64,000 bases of DNA from Patescibacteria group bacterium (GCA_038064195.1 JBBTTO010000004.1:2357-66356); one strand, 5' to 3'. Counted from the stretch's first letter, positions 37,271-47,253 are shown. The notes: a model not told the origin generated them from the letters alone. Numbers and translations are program-made.

Positions 37271-37380
37271 CCCTGCCCGCAATGCTCTCGCATAAGCGAG
37301 GCAGGTGGGGCTCTTTGAGCCGCGCTACGAATAGTAGGCCTGCCCGCATTGCTTTGCAAAGCTTATGCAGGCGGGTAAGG
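37271..37380. repeat. two related GC-rich structured elements (CCTGCCCGCAWTGCT...)
   Basis: cccctgcccgcaatgctctcgcataagcgaggcaggtgggg and ggcctgcccgcattgctttgcaaagcttatgcaggcgggtaagg; both fold into hairpins. Confidence 0.5.
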
Positions 37381-37402
37381 CGAAAAGGAAGATCTGGCGG
37401 AT

Positions 37403-38068
37403 GTGGCTGTAGCTAATGAATCTATGAAAGCCAAATTTGATGTTATTTGTTTTGATGTCGACAGTACGCTGGTAACCTGCGAGGGCGTGGACTGGCTGGC
37501 CAAGCAAAAGGGAGTAGGGGAGCAAGTTAAAAGGCTCACCGAGCTTGCTATGACCGGTAAGGTTCCAATGGAGGAAGTCTTTTGTCAAAAAATAGACATA
37601 CTTAAGCCTAGCCAAAAAGAAATGCAAGCTTTGGGAGAATATTATTGCTCCAAACTGACTAAAGGGGCCTTGGATGTAATCAAAGATCTCAGAAAAGTGG
37701 GAGTTGAAATATTCTTGGTGACGGGAGGTTTTTTACCGGCTATCTTACCACTGGCTGCGAAATTGAAAATCCCACCGGCGAGGGTTCATGCAAATGATGT
37801 TTATACGAACAAAAATGGACACTATAAAGGAATTAATCGGGAATGCTCACTCACGACATCAAATGGTAAAGCGATCTGTGCAAAAAATATCGCCCAGGGA
37901 AGAAAGATCGCTTTTGTCGGTGATAGCGTGACTGATTTGGCGACCCAACCCGTCGTGACGACTTTTATCGGCTTTGGTGGAGTAGTAACGCGGAAGAAAG
38001 TAAAGGAAGAAGCTGATTATTTTATCAAAACTGAAAGCCTTGAGCCTTTACTATGGCTTGTGGTCTAG
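37403..38068 (+). CDS. HAD-IB family phosphatase (SerB-like)
   Basis: FDVDSTL (DxDxT) and FVGDSVTD motifs; alternative start at 37424. Confidence 0.7.
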   Translation: MAVANESMKAKFDVICFDVDSTLVTCEGVDWLAKQKGVGEQVKRLTELAMTGKVPMEEVFCQKIDILKPSQKEMQALGEYYCSKLTKGALDVIKDLRKVGVEIFLVTGGFLPAILPLAAKLKIPPARVHANDVYTNKNGHYKGINRECSLTTSNGKAICAKNIAQGRKIAFVGDSVTDLATQPVVTTFIGFGGVVTRKKVKEEADYFIKTESLEPLLWLVV

Positions 38069-38172
38069 CTATCTTTATTCACGAGTTCATTTCTGATATA
38101 GTAAGGCAGTGATATAAGGGGTGAATCCCCTAGAAACAAATTGATATTAGGGGTTTCTCCCCTGAAGAGAAT

Positions 38173-40044
38173 ATGGAAAATAAAGAACAATTAGAGCGCC
38201 TTCGTCATTCGACAGCGCATCTCCTGGCTGCTGCAGTACTTAGGCTGTGGCCTGATACCAAATTAACGATAGGTCCGGCTATTGAAAACGGCTTTTACTA
38301 CGACTTTGACTTTACCAGTCCCATCAGTGAGGCTGATTTGCCAAAAATCGAGAAAAAGATGTCAGATACACTCAAGGACTGGAACGAATTTACTCACCGC
38401 GAAGTAACAGAGACAGAAGCAAAAGAATTCTACAAAGATAATCCCTACAAGCTTGAACTTATTGATGAAATAGTCGCTAAAGGCGAAAAAATTACCTTTT
38501 ATAAAGTCGGCCGATTTGAAGATCTTTGTCGAGGAGGACACAGTGAGCACCCCAATCAGGATATCGGTGCATTCAAACTTCTTTCTCTTGCCGGGGCTTA
38601 CTGGCGGGGAAGTGAAAAAAATAAAATGCTTACCCGTATTTACGGAACATCTTTTCCAACGCAAGAAGAACTTGATGATCATCTCAACATGCTTGAAGAG
38701 GCAAAAAAACGTGATCACCGGAAATTGGGGCAAGAACTCGATTTCTTTTCTACTAATCCATTAACCGGTCAAGGGTTAATTCTTTGGCACCCTAAGCTAA
38801 GTATTACCCGTAATGAGGTTGAGAAATTTTGGAAAGACGTACACTACCAAAGAGGCTACCAACTAGTCTATACGCCTCATATTGCGACCATGGAAATGTT
38901 TGTCAAAAGCCGCCACTTAAGTAAGTATATTAACTCAATGTTCCCAGTCATGCTTCACCAATATATTGAGGGTGAAAGCGCTCCCGACTACCAAACCGAT
39001 GAAGTCCTCAAACCAATGAACTGTCCTAATCATATTCAGATCTTTAAAGCGAGATTAAGAAGTTATAAAGAACTTCCTCTTCGTATTGGTGAGCTTGGGA
39101 CAGTCTACCGCTATGAACGCGCTGGCGTACTTCACGGTATGACCAGAGTTCGTGGCTTTACCCAAGATGACTCGCATATTTTCTGTACCACCTCACAGGT
39201 GATTGATGAGGTGAAAAATGTTTTGGATTTAACTAAGTACTTCTACGATATCTTCGGCTTTAATGATTTTCAAGCCTATATCTCAACTCGTCCGGAGAAA
39301 TATCTGGGAACTATAGCGATGTGGGATTTCGCCCAGGAGAGCCTAAAAAAAGCTTTAGAGGACAAGAATATCAGTTACAAGATTGATGAAGGAGAAGGAG
39401 TATTCTATGGACCTAAAATTGATATCAAAGTTAAGGATTCACTTGGTCGAGAATGGCAGCTAGGAACAGTTCAATTTGATTTTAATCAACCTGCAAAAGA
39501 AGAAACTACTGAAGAGGAGATAGATGAGTTCTGGAAACTAAAAACTTTTAAAGAGAAGTTCAAAACAAGAGAGAAACTCGCTGATTACCTAAAAAAATTG
39601 GGACGCGGGTTTGATGTAACATTTATTAATAGTGAGGGTAAAGAAGAGCGAGTTGTCATGATTCATCGAGTTGTTTTAGGCTCGATTGAAAGGTTCTTTG
39701 GCATTTTGATAGAGCACTACGCCGGAGCCTTTCCCGTATGGCTAGCACCGGTTCAAGTCGCCCTTTTGCCAATTGCTGATCGACACCAAGAGTATGCTGA
39801 GAAAGTAGCTCAAGAGCTACGCCAAACCGGCATCCGTGTCGAAGTCAACAGCAAAGCAGAAACTCTTCAGAACAAAATCCGCGAGGCTACTTTACAAAAA
39901 GTACCCTTTATGGGTATAATAGGGGACAAAGAAATAGCAGATAATGCTATTTCTGTTCGTTTGCGGACAGGAGAGGATCAGGGAAGCCTGACACTCTCTG
40001 AGTTCCGGCAAAGGTTAAAAGAAGACATTGATAAAAAGAAATAG
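38173..40044 (+). CDS. thrS: threonyl-tRNA synthetase
   Basis: HSTAHLLAAAV editing-domain motif, class II catalytic core and C-terminal anticodon-binding domain; 623 aa. Confidence 0.9.
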   Translation: MENKEQLERLRHSTAHLLAAAVLRLWPDTKLTIGPAIENGFYYDFDFTSPISEADLPKIEKKMSDTLKDWNEFTHREVTETEAKEFYKDNPYKLELIDEIVAKGEKITFYKVGRFEDLCRGGHSEHPNQDIGAFKLLSLAGAYWRGSEKNKMLTRIYGTSFPTQEELDDHLNMLEEAKKRDHRKLGQELDFFSTNPLTGQGLILWHPKLSITRNEVEKFWKDVHYQRGYQLVYTPHIATMEMFVKSRHLSKYINSMFPVMLHQYIEGESAPDYQTDEVLKPMNCPNHIQIFKARLRSYKELPLRIGELGTVYRYERAGVLHGMTRVRGFTQDDSHIFCTTSQVIDEVKNVLDLTKYFYDIFGFNDFQAYISTRPEKYLGTIAMWDFAQESLKKALEDKNISYKIDEGEGVFYGPKIDIKVKDSLGREWQLGTVQFDFNQPAKEETTEEEIDEFWKLKTFKEKFKTREKLADYLKKLGRGFDVTFINSEGKEERVVMIHRVVLGSIERFFGILIEHYAGAFPVWLAPVQVALLPIADRHQEYAEKVAQELRQTGIRVEVNSKAETLQNKIREATLQKVPFMGIIGDKEIADNAISVRLRTGEDQGSLTLSEFRQRLKEDIDKKK

Positions 40045-40609
40045 ATTTCAACAAAACCCAAGGTATCAATACCGAATTAATGAGCGTATAACTGCTCCGC
40101 AGCTTCGTGTTTTGGATACTGAAGGCAAGCAAATTGGCATTCTGACCCGCCAAGAAGCACTTACGCAGGCACGTGAACAAGGACTGGACCTCGTTGAGAT
40201 TGCAGGGATGGCCAAGCCGGTTGTAGCAAAAATTATTGATTTTAATAAATTTCTTTATCAGCAAGCCAAGAAAAAACAGGAAGAAAAACGGAAAGCTAAG
40301 GTCTCAGAGACAAAAGAGATACGACTTGGACCATTTATGTCAGATAATGATCTGATGGTCAGTGTCAAACGAGCTCGCGAATTTCTGGAAGACGGTAATA
40401 AAATCAGATTTGTTCTCAAATTCAGAGGACGGCAAATTACCCATCCTGAATTCGGACATGCTATAATACGCAAAGTCGTAGAGAGTCTTGCAGATATTTC
40501 AAAAGTTGAGAGAGAAGCACATTTGGAAGGAAAGCAACTCTTAGCTTTAATATCACCAGAAAGGAAAAAAACTCATCCACAGGATGATCAGCCTCTGGCT
40601 GAAAAATAA
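40028..40609 (+). CDS. infC: translation initiation factor IF-3
   Basis: RINERITAPQLRVLDTEGKQIGILTRQEALTQAREQGLDLVEIA aligns with IF3; non-ATG start overlapping the thrS stop. Confidence 0.85.
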   Translation: MIKRNRFQQNPRYQYRINERITAPQLRVLDTEGKQIGILTRQEALTQAREQGLDLVEIAGMAKPVVAKIIDFNKFLYQQAKKKQEEKRKAKVSETKEIRLGPFMSDNDLMVSVKRAREFLEDGNKIRFVLKFRGRQITHPEFGHAIIRKVVESLADISKVEREAHLEGKQLLALISPERKKTHPQDDQPLAEK

Positions 40610-40612
40610 ATT

Positions 40613-40810
40613 ATGCCGAAGAAAAAAGTCAAACACTCAGTATCGAAACGCTTTAAGGTTACCAAAACCGGAAAAGTGTTATTTGCCCATCAGTACGGAA
40701 GTCATAAAAAACTTCTGAAGACCAAACGCCGCATTCGTCGTCAAAAAGAAACAGGAGTACTCGAGGGAGCATTTGCTAAAAAAATCAAACAGATGCTGGG
40801 TGCAGCATAG
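40613..40810 (+). CDS. rpmI: 50S ribosomal protein L35
   Basis: MPKKKVKHSVSKRFKVTKTGKV... Confidence 0.9.
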   Translation: MPKKKVKHSVSKRFKVTKTGKVLFAHQYGSHKKLLKTKRRIRRQKETGVLEGAFAKKIKQMLGAA

Positions 40811-40912
40811 CTCACAAAACTCGAAGTACGAATTTCGAAACTCGAAACAGACACAAAATATTTCGGATTTCGATATTTGAATTTCGGATTTCTTTTCTGA
40901 AAGGAAAGTTAT

Positions 40913-41263
40913 ATGGCTAGAATTAAACGAGGCGTCGTCTCACGCAGAAAACATAATAAATTACTCGGCCTGACCAAGGGCTATCGCGGTACACGCTCAC
41001 GCCTAATTAAAGTCGGTCATGAGTCAGTCCTGCATGCAAATGCCTACGCATTTCACGGCCGTAAGCTGCGCAAAAGAGATTTCCGTACACTCTGGATCAC
41101 CCGTATCAGTCAAGCAGCTAGTCTGCAAGGTATATCATATAGTGCATTCATGAATAAAATGAAAAAAACTAATATGGAACTGGATCGTAAGATCCTCAGC
41201 GACTTGGTCGTCAATGATCCGACAGTCTTCAAACAATTAGTTGACAAAGTAAAATCCGTATAG
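40913..41263 (+). CDS. rplT: 50S ribosomal protein L20
   Basis: MARIKRGVVSRRKHNKLL...RDFRTLWITRI. Confidence 0.9.
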   Translation: MARIKRGVVSRRKHNKLLGLTKGYRGTRSRLIKVGHESVLHANAYAFHGRKLRKRDFRTLWITRISQAASLQGISYSAFMNKMKKTNMELDRKILSDLVVNDPTVFKQLVDKVKSV

Positions 41264-41305
41264 TATTCTCACAACATGCATAAGACAGCACAATCATTTT
41301 TCTTT

Positions 41306-41395
41306 TTTGCCTTCGCTTAAGCGGAGGTAAATTGCGTTAAATATATACCTCCGCATCCCAGATGGCTGGGATGAAGCGGGGGTTTTTTATTATTT
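41306..41395 (+). terminator. tandem hairpins and terminator after rplT
   Basis: GCGGAGGTA...TACCTCCGC then CATCCCAG-ATGG-CTGGGATG followed by GGGGG TTTTTT. Confidence 0.55.
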
Positions 41396-41400
41396 ACAAT

Positions 41401-41850
41401 ATGTCAACAGAAAACGAACATAGAGAGGTAAAAGATCCGTTAAAAACGGCTGGATTAACTGATATTTCAGGTGCAATCCTACAAAGAGTAGAGATGGAGA
41501 CAGGTGAGTCTGAAGTACAGATCCTTCATCCGCTTAATACTTACGAGGGTTATAGTGAGGCAGAGAATCACAAATACAGTTATCAGACTCTAGTTGAAGA
41601 AAGTGCGCTAAGGCTTAACGACAATCATTTAACTGAGCCTCAACTTGTCAAAACACTGACGGATATACAGGGCAGTCTTCAGGCAATCGGTACTCAGGAA
41701 AAACTCTCAGACGTTCATGCAGCTCTTGGAGTAGGGCTTGGACTACTCAGTTTTCAACTGCAAGAACATCGTCTTCAACTAGCTCTTAGACGAACTCAGA
41801 GCGAATCGATAACAAAAGCTATTTCAACCCATGTCCCAGGGCTTTATTAA
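41401..41850 (+). CDS. hypothetical protein
   Basis: start trimmed to MSTENEH because the ORF-track start lies inside the terminator hairpin. Confidence 0.4.
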   Translation: MSTENEHREVKDPLKTAGLTDISGAILQRVEMETGESEVQILHPLNTYEGYSEAENHKYSYQTLVEESALRLNDNHLTEPQLVKTLTDIQGSLQAIGTQEKLSDVHAALGVGLGLLSFQLQEHRLQLALRRTQSESITKAISTHVPGLY

Positions 41851-41895
41851 GAGATATAGCTTCCTCTGGAAGCAATTCTATGCTAGAGTAATCTT

Positions 41896-42927
41896 ATGGA
41901 AAATGAATTAATGAACATCAAAAATAATGCGGTTTCGCTTATTTTGGATGCCGGATCAGAAAAAGAGTTAGAAGAAATCAAACTGCAATTCCTTGGGAAA
42001 AGCGGTAGCTTTACCTTGCTAGTCAAAGAAATTGCTAAGCTGCCACTTGAAAAACGGCCAGAGATAGGAGTTCTCGCAAATGAAGTAAAGAAAATTATTG
42101 AAGAAGCCATCGACAATGCTACAACGCAATTCACAAGTAAAAAAATTGAACGGATTAAGAAAATCGATGTCACAGAACCGGGGATCAAACCGCCTCTCGG
42201 GCATCTGCATTTAGTTACGCAAGCAATTGAAGAGATTACGGCAATTTTTGAAAAGATCGGCTTTACCCGAGTCCGTTATCCCGAAATTGAATTTGACTGG
42301 TATGCTTTTGAGGCTCTCAATTTCCCTGAAAATCACCCGGCTCGAGATGACTGGGAGACATTTTTTATCGACCAGGAACCTGATCCTAAAAAAGGCCCTG
42401 TATTACTCACGCCTCACACCTCAAGCGGCCAGATCAGGGAGATGGAAAAAGGTAAGTTGCCTATTAAAATGCTTAATATCGCCAAAACATATCGCAGGCA
42501 GTCCGATGCGTCACACGTCCCGATGTTCCATCAATTTGAGACGTTAGTCGTTGGTGAAAATATTTCAATTACTCACCTTAAAGGAGTCCTGGACTACTTC
42601 GTCAAATCATATTTCGGCGAGGAGAGAAAATCACGTATCAGGCCCTACCATTTTCAATTCACCGAACCGTCATTTGAGACAGATGTCTCCTGTGGAGTAT
42701 GCAACGGAAAGGGATGCAAACTTTGCAAGGAAGGCTGGTTGGAACTTGGTGGAGCCGGTATGGTTCATCCTAATGTCCTCAGAAATTGCGGGCTTGATCC
42801 GCAAAAATACTCCGGCTTTGCCTCAGGTTGGGGAGTAGAGAGGGTTCTGACTATGAAGGAAGGACTTGAAATAGATGATATCAGACTTTTGTACTCTAAC
42901 AAATTAGAGTTTTTGGAACAGTTTTAA
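41896..42927 (+). CDS. pheS: phenylalanyl-tRNA synthetase alpha subunit
   Basis: class II core with FQFTEPSFETD motif 2/3 region; 343 aa. Confidence 0.9.
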   Translation: MENELMNIKNNAVSLILDAGSEKELEEIKLQFLGKSGSFTLLVKEIAKLPLEKRPEIGVLANEVKKIIEEAIDNATTQFTSKKIERIKKIDVTEPGIKPPLGHLHLVTQAIEEITAIFEKIGFTRVRYPEIEFDWYAFEALNFPENHPARDDWETFFIDQEPDPKKGPVLLTPHTSSGQIREMEKGKLPIKMLNIAKTYRRQSDASHVPMFHQFETLVVGENISITHLKGVLDYFVKSYFGEERKSRIRPYHFQFTEPSFETDVSCGVCNGKGCKLCKEGWLELGGAGMVHPNVLRNCGLDPQKYSGFASGWGVERVLTMKEGLEIDDIRLLYSNKLEFLEQF

Positions 42928-42989
42928 GGTAATGGGGGGGGTGTCTCCCCGCCATACAAACTGATGCGGGGTGACTCCCCTGGACAAAT

Positions 42990-44939
42990 ATGAACATAAA
43001 AATACTTGATAGTTGGCTCAAAGACTATCTCAAAACTAAAGCTAAAGCTCGCGATATTGCCCGTGAAATGTCTTTGACCAGTATCTCAATTGAACGGGTC
43101 GAGCCACATAAGGATGATTTCCTCTACGATATTGAGGTCACGACCAACCGACCTGACCTGATGTCTGTTGTCGGCTTAGCACGAGAGGCAGCAGCAGTCC
43201 TGCCGCAAGCTGGAGTCGAGGCCACGTTTGCCCCCCCAAAACTTGAAGAACCAAACAAACCGACAGATAAAACTCCTTTGACAATTATTAATGATGATAA
43301 GCTGGTTTATCGTATCTGTGCGGCTGTCATGGAAGTAACGGTCAAAAAATCCCCTCAAGAGATTACCGAGAGACTGGAAACCTCAGATATCCGCAGCCTT
43401 AACAATGTGATTGATATTACCAACTACATCATGCGCACGATCGGTCACCCGGCGCATGTTTTTGATTATGATCGACTACAAAACCACACCATTCGAGTAA
43501 GGGAATCGAAAAAAGGCGAGATGATCACAACACTTGATAATAAAACTTATGCGCTTTTAGGTGGAGACATCGTGGCAGATGACGGTGAGGGCACTATCAT
43601 CGACCTCCTCGGTGTCATGGGACTTGCAAATAGTGTGGTCACGGACGATACAAAGCGAATTATTCTCTTCATCGACAATATTGATCAACATAAGATTCGC
43701 AAAACATCCATGGGGCTCGGAATCCGGACTGAAGCTGCGCAAATGAATGAAAAGGGGATTGACCCTGAGCTGGCAATGGATGCATTACTCTTTGGCATAG
43801 GACTATACGAGAAATATGCAGATGGTAAACTGATAGCCCCCATCATCGATATTTATCCTAAGCCATATAAACCCAATACGGTGAGTGTCAGTCTGACTAA
43901 AATTCAGCAAGTACTCGGAGTTCCCGTTACTCTCAAAGAGTCAGTACGCATTCTTGAGAAATTAGGTTTTGCAGTGACAGTAATAGATGACCTCATTGAG
44001 GCAGTTGTGCCGTCATTTCGTGCATCAGATATCTCCATTCCTGAAGATTTAGTCGAAGAAATAGCCCGCATTTATGGCTATCACAATCTCCCAAGTGAGC
44101 TTCCAGGAGTAACCACCAGTAGCATTACCCAGTTTGGGACAAATCCTTATTACTGGGAAACTCGCGCCAAAAATGCTTTCAAATACTGGGGATTTACGGA
44201 AGTGTATAGCTACCCTATGGTCAGTGAAGAAATGTATGAGGGTCCCACGGATGAGGCTGTCAAACTCGCCAATCCGCTGGGGGAGGAGTTCGTCTATATG
44301 CGACGAACGTTGGTCCCAAGCTTACTTAAAGTCATGCAGGATAATAAACAAAGTGAAGAATTTCAAATTTTTGAAATTGCGAATGTTTATGAAAAAGACG
44401 GCAAAAACTTGCCTAAAGAGACACGTATGCTCGGGGGGCTTGTCAAAAACCCGCATTCGAACTTCTTTAAAATCAAAGGACTTCTTGAACAACTCGCGAC
44501 TGAGTTCGGCATTACCAACCTCGGATTTAAGACAACAGGAAGCGGGTTGGAAACTGATATTTTACTCAACAAAAAAACAATCGGCACAGTCGAGGTTCTT
44601 GATGAGGATCTCGTTAATTTTGAATTGAATTTTGAGGAATTAATCGAACATGCTTCATTGCATAAAACATACAAGCAGTTGGCAAAACATCCGCCTGTTG
44701 TAGAAGACCTGTCTATAATTGTTTCGGAGACTATAACAACCAGGGATATTATTGAACATATCCAAAAAATCAGTCCACTTATCAGCTCTGTTTCGCTCAT
44801 AGATAAATACGATAACTCTCGAACGTACCATATTGAATATCAGGATCCAAATCAAAATCTTACTACAGTAGAGACAGCAAAACTCCACGACAAAATCGTA
44901 AAAAGCCTCAAAGAGAAATTTAATATTACAGAACGCTAG
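42990..44939 (+). CDS. pheT: phenylalanyl-tRNA synthetase beta subunit (short form)
   Basis: position after pheS; B3/B4 and B5 style regions; 649 aa, lacking the N-terminal tRNA-binding domain. Confidence 0.8.
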   Translation: MNIKILDSWLKDYLKTKAKARDIAREMSLTSISIERVEPHKDDFLYDIEVTTNRPDLMSVVGLAREAAAVLPQAGVEATFAPPKLEEPNKPTDKTPLTIINDDKLVYRICAAVMEVTVKKSPQEITERLETSDIRSLNNVIDITNYIMRTIGHPAHVFDYDRLQNHTIRVRESKKGEMITTLDNKTYALLGGDIVADDGEGTIIDLLGVMGLANSVVTDDTKRIILFIDNIDQHKIRKTSMGLGIRTEAAQMNEKGIDPELAMDALLFGIGLYEKYADGKLIAPIIDIYPKPYKPNTVSVSLTKIQQVLGVPVTLKESVRILEKLGFAVTVIDDLIEAVVPSFRASDISIPEDLVEEIARIYGYHNLPSELPGVTTSSITQFGTNPYYWETRAKNAFKYWGFTEVYSYPMVSEEMYEGPTDEAVKLANPLGEEFVYMRRTLVPSLLKVMQDNKQSEEFQIFEIANVYEKDGKNLPKETRMLGGLVKNPHSNFFKIKGLLEQLATEFGITNLGFKTTGSGLETDILLNKKTIGTVEVLDEDLVNFELNFEELIEHASLHKTYKQLAKHPPVVEDLSIIVSETITTRDIIEHIQKISPLISSVSLIDKYDNSRTYHIEYQDPNQNLTTVETAKLHDKIVKSLKEKFNITER

Positions 44940-44948
44940 AAGTCACTT

Positions 44949-47222
44949 TCATGGAGTAGGTGTCGGGGTATCAGTCGGTGAACCCTCTTGATTTTTATTT
45001 TTGAGCTCCCCGGGTGGATTATACCTTTCCTCATCTTTGTGATACTGCGCAATCCACGCATCAATTCCTGCCTGCCAACGGTTCTGACCGTCAGTTGAAA
45101 CAGGATCTTTTTCTGTAAGTACCCAATAATCCTTGCCGTCTTTACTCTGATAAATAGGGGAGATGGTTGTGGGCTCTGTACCTTTAATAAAAAATTCAGA
45201 ACGAGTCGGCTGTCCATCTCTTGGCAATCCTCCCGTCAGAGGATCTATTTGTAAAGCAATCACATTGCTTGGCTGCTTAAACTCCACATCACTTTTTCCC
45301 TTAAGCGCCATCACCATCAGTGCATGCCAGATCGGAGCAGCTCCCGTGATACCTGAGGCAAGAGAGGGATTCATCGGGCTATTGTCGTTATTCCCGACCC
45401 ATGTTCCGACCACAACAGTCGGGGTATACCCATAAGTCCAGTTGTCACGCTTTTCGTCCGTTGTTCCTGTCTTTGCGGCAACTGTTTTACCCAGTATACG
45501 AAGCGCTGAGTTGGCACCGAATTCGTCTATACGCGCATTGTTATCAAGTAGGATATGGGAAATAAGGAAAGCCACCTCCTCAGGCATTACTCTTTTACCT
45601 TCATGAGGTTTGTATTCGTAAAGCTTGTGACCCTGGCTATCAGTAACTTTCAAAATCGCCACAGGGTCTTGCTTGACACCCGCATTCGCAAAGGTGCTGT
45701 ATGCAGTCATCTCATCAATCATATGTACCTCTTTGCCCCCTAAGACAAGCGACAGGCCGACATTCTTCAGATTTTCATCCGTTGGCTCCCAGGATTTGAC
45801 ACCCATATCATAGGCCAGCTGCATACTGTCTTTTATACCGACCAACGCGACCATCTTGACTGCAGGAATATTAAAGGAATTGCCTAAAGCAAATCGGATT
45901 TGGACAGGGCCCCTGAATTTACCGTCATAGTTGACAGGCGTATAGGTAGGATTACTCAAATCACCGGTCGGGAACTCAGTCTTCACATCCATGAGCATGG
46001 TTGATGGCGTATAGCCTTTTTCAAAAGCTTTGGCATAGATAATAGGTTTCATCGACGATCCGGGCTGCCGACTACCTTGTGTCGTGACATTGAAATTACC
46101 ATCAATATCCGTACTGAAATAATCTTTGCTGCCGACCATCGTCAGAATCTCGCCTGTTTTGGGATCTTCGATCATAGCCGCCCCGTTACTGACATCATAT
46201 TTTTTGAGGCCGTCAACTTGATCTTTAACAATTTTTTCAGCCTTTTCCTGCATTTTGTAATCAAGAGTCGTGGTAACCTGTAACCCTCCCGTTTGGACGG
46301 CCTGATCTCCGAATTGATCTGCTAAAAGCTGCCTGACATACATCACAAAGTGACCTGCTTTCAAATTGGCTGCGTGCTGGGTAAATTGATAGTTCTTGAT
46401 CTCAATCAGAGCTTTGTCTGCCTGGGCTTTGGTGATGTATTTGTCAGCTACCATTCGTTTGAGGACGGCGTCAGTTCGGGCAATATAATACTTATTGCCG
46501 CTAAATGGCGTGTAAAGTGAAGGAAGCTGGGGGAGACCTGAAAGAAAAGCAGACTGTGCAAGATCCAAATCTTTAACACTCTTACCGAAATACTGTTCGG
46601 CTGCTGCTTCGACACCGATGGCTGTCCCGCCGTAGGGGATATTATTCAAATACATTTCCAGAATCTGGTCTTTAGAAAAACGATTATCCACCTGTATTGA
46701 GAGAATCAATTCTTTAATTTTACGTGAGAGAATTTGTTGATTGGTTAGAAGAACATTTTTAACAAGCTGCTGCGTAATCGTCGAACCCCCGCCCGCAATC
46801 CGCCCTGCAAGAATCGAACGTGCGAAGGCTCTGACTATACCTAAGAGTGAAAATCCGTTATTTTTGTAAAAATCCTTATCTTCAATTGCTATTGTTCCCT
46901 CACGCAAATACTTAGGAATATCATTAATCTTCGTATAGGTTCGATTTTCGTCTTGAAAAACCGAATAGAGAAGATCACCGTTCCTGTCATAAATTCGTGT
47001 GGCGTCTTTGTATTTTGAGGTCACTAATTTACCGGGCGTTGGCAGATCCCGGCTATACCATAAAAAAAGAAGAGGAACTGCAATAATACCTACAATAAAG
47101 GCATAAAGCATAAGGCGAGTGACTCTACTCCAAAAGGAAACGTTAGTAAAGGAAAGAAACCCCGGCAGCGATAGACCCTGATGCAGTCTACTGCGACGAC
47201 GTCTGGGACGGTAGTCGACCAT
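44949..47222 (-). CDS. class A penicillin-binding protein (PBP1a: GT51 transglycosylase + transpeptidase)
   Basis: GGSTITQQLVKN GT51 motif, SRQPGSSMKP (SxxK) transpeptidase motif; N-terminal TM. Confidence 0.85.
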   Translation of the reverse strand: MVDYRPRRRRSRLHQGLSLPGFLSFTNVSFWSRVTRLMLYAFIVGIIAVPLLFLWYSRDLPTPGKLVTSKYKDATRIYDRNGDLLYSVFQDENRTYTKINDIPKYLREGTIAIEDKDFYKNNGFSLLGIVRAFARSILAGRIAGGGSTITQQLVKNVLLTNQQILSRKIKELILSIQVDNRFSKDQILEMYLNNIPYGGTAIGVEAAAEQYFGKSVKDLDLAQSAFLSGLPQLPSLYTPFSGNKYYIARTDAVLKRMVADKYITKAQADKALIEIKNYQFTQHAANLKAGHFVMYVRQLLADQFGDQAVQTGGLQVTTTLDYKMQEKAEKIVKDQVDGLKKYDVSNGAAMIEDPKTGEILTMVGSKDYFSTDIDGNFNVTTQGSRQPGSSMKPIIYAKAFEKGYTPSTMLMDVKTEFPTGDLSNPTYTPVNYDGKFRGPVQIRFALGNSFNIPAVKMVALVGIKDSMQLAYDMGVKSWEPTDENLKNVGLSLVLGGKEVHMIDEMTAYSTFANAGVKQDPVAILKVTDSQGHKLYEYKPHEGKRVMPEEVAFLISHILLDNNARIDEFGANSALRILGKTVAAKTGTTDEKRDNWTYGYTPTVVVGTWVGNNDNSPMNPSLASGITGAAPIWHALMVMALKGKSDVEFKQPSNVIALQIDPLTGGLPRDGQPTRSEFFIKGTEPTTISPIYQSKDGKDYWVLTEKDPVSTDGQNRWQAGIDAWIAQYHKDEERYNPPGELKNKNQEGSPTDTPTPTP

Positions 47223-47253
47223 AAGCTAAGTTATTATAGCAAATGGCAAATCA

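Noticed and set aside
37147-37627. Two minus-strand ORFs (70 and 100 aa)
   Set aside because: They span the terminator and GC-rich repeat region and the HAD gene start. Read-through of structured intergenic DNA.
44134-44888. ORFs of 164, 137 and 77 aa
   Set aside because: Internal or antisense to pheT, in alternative frames.
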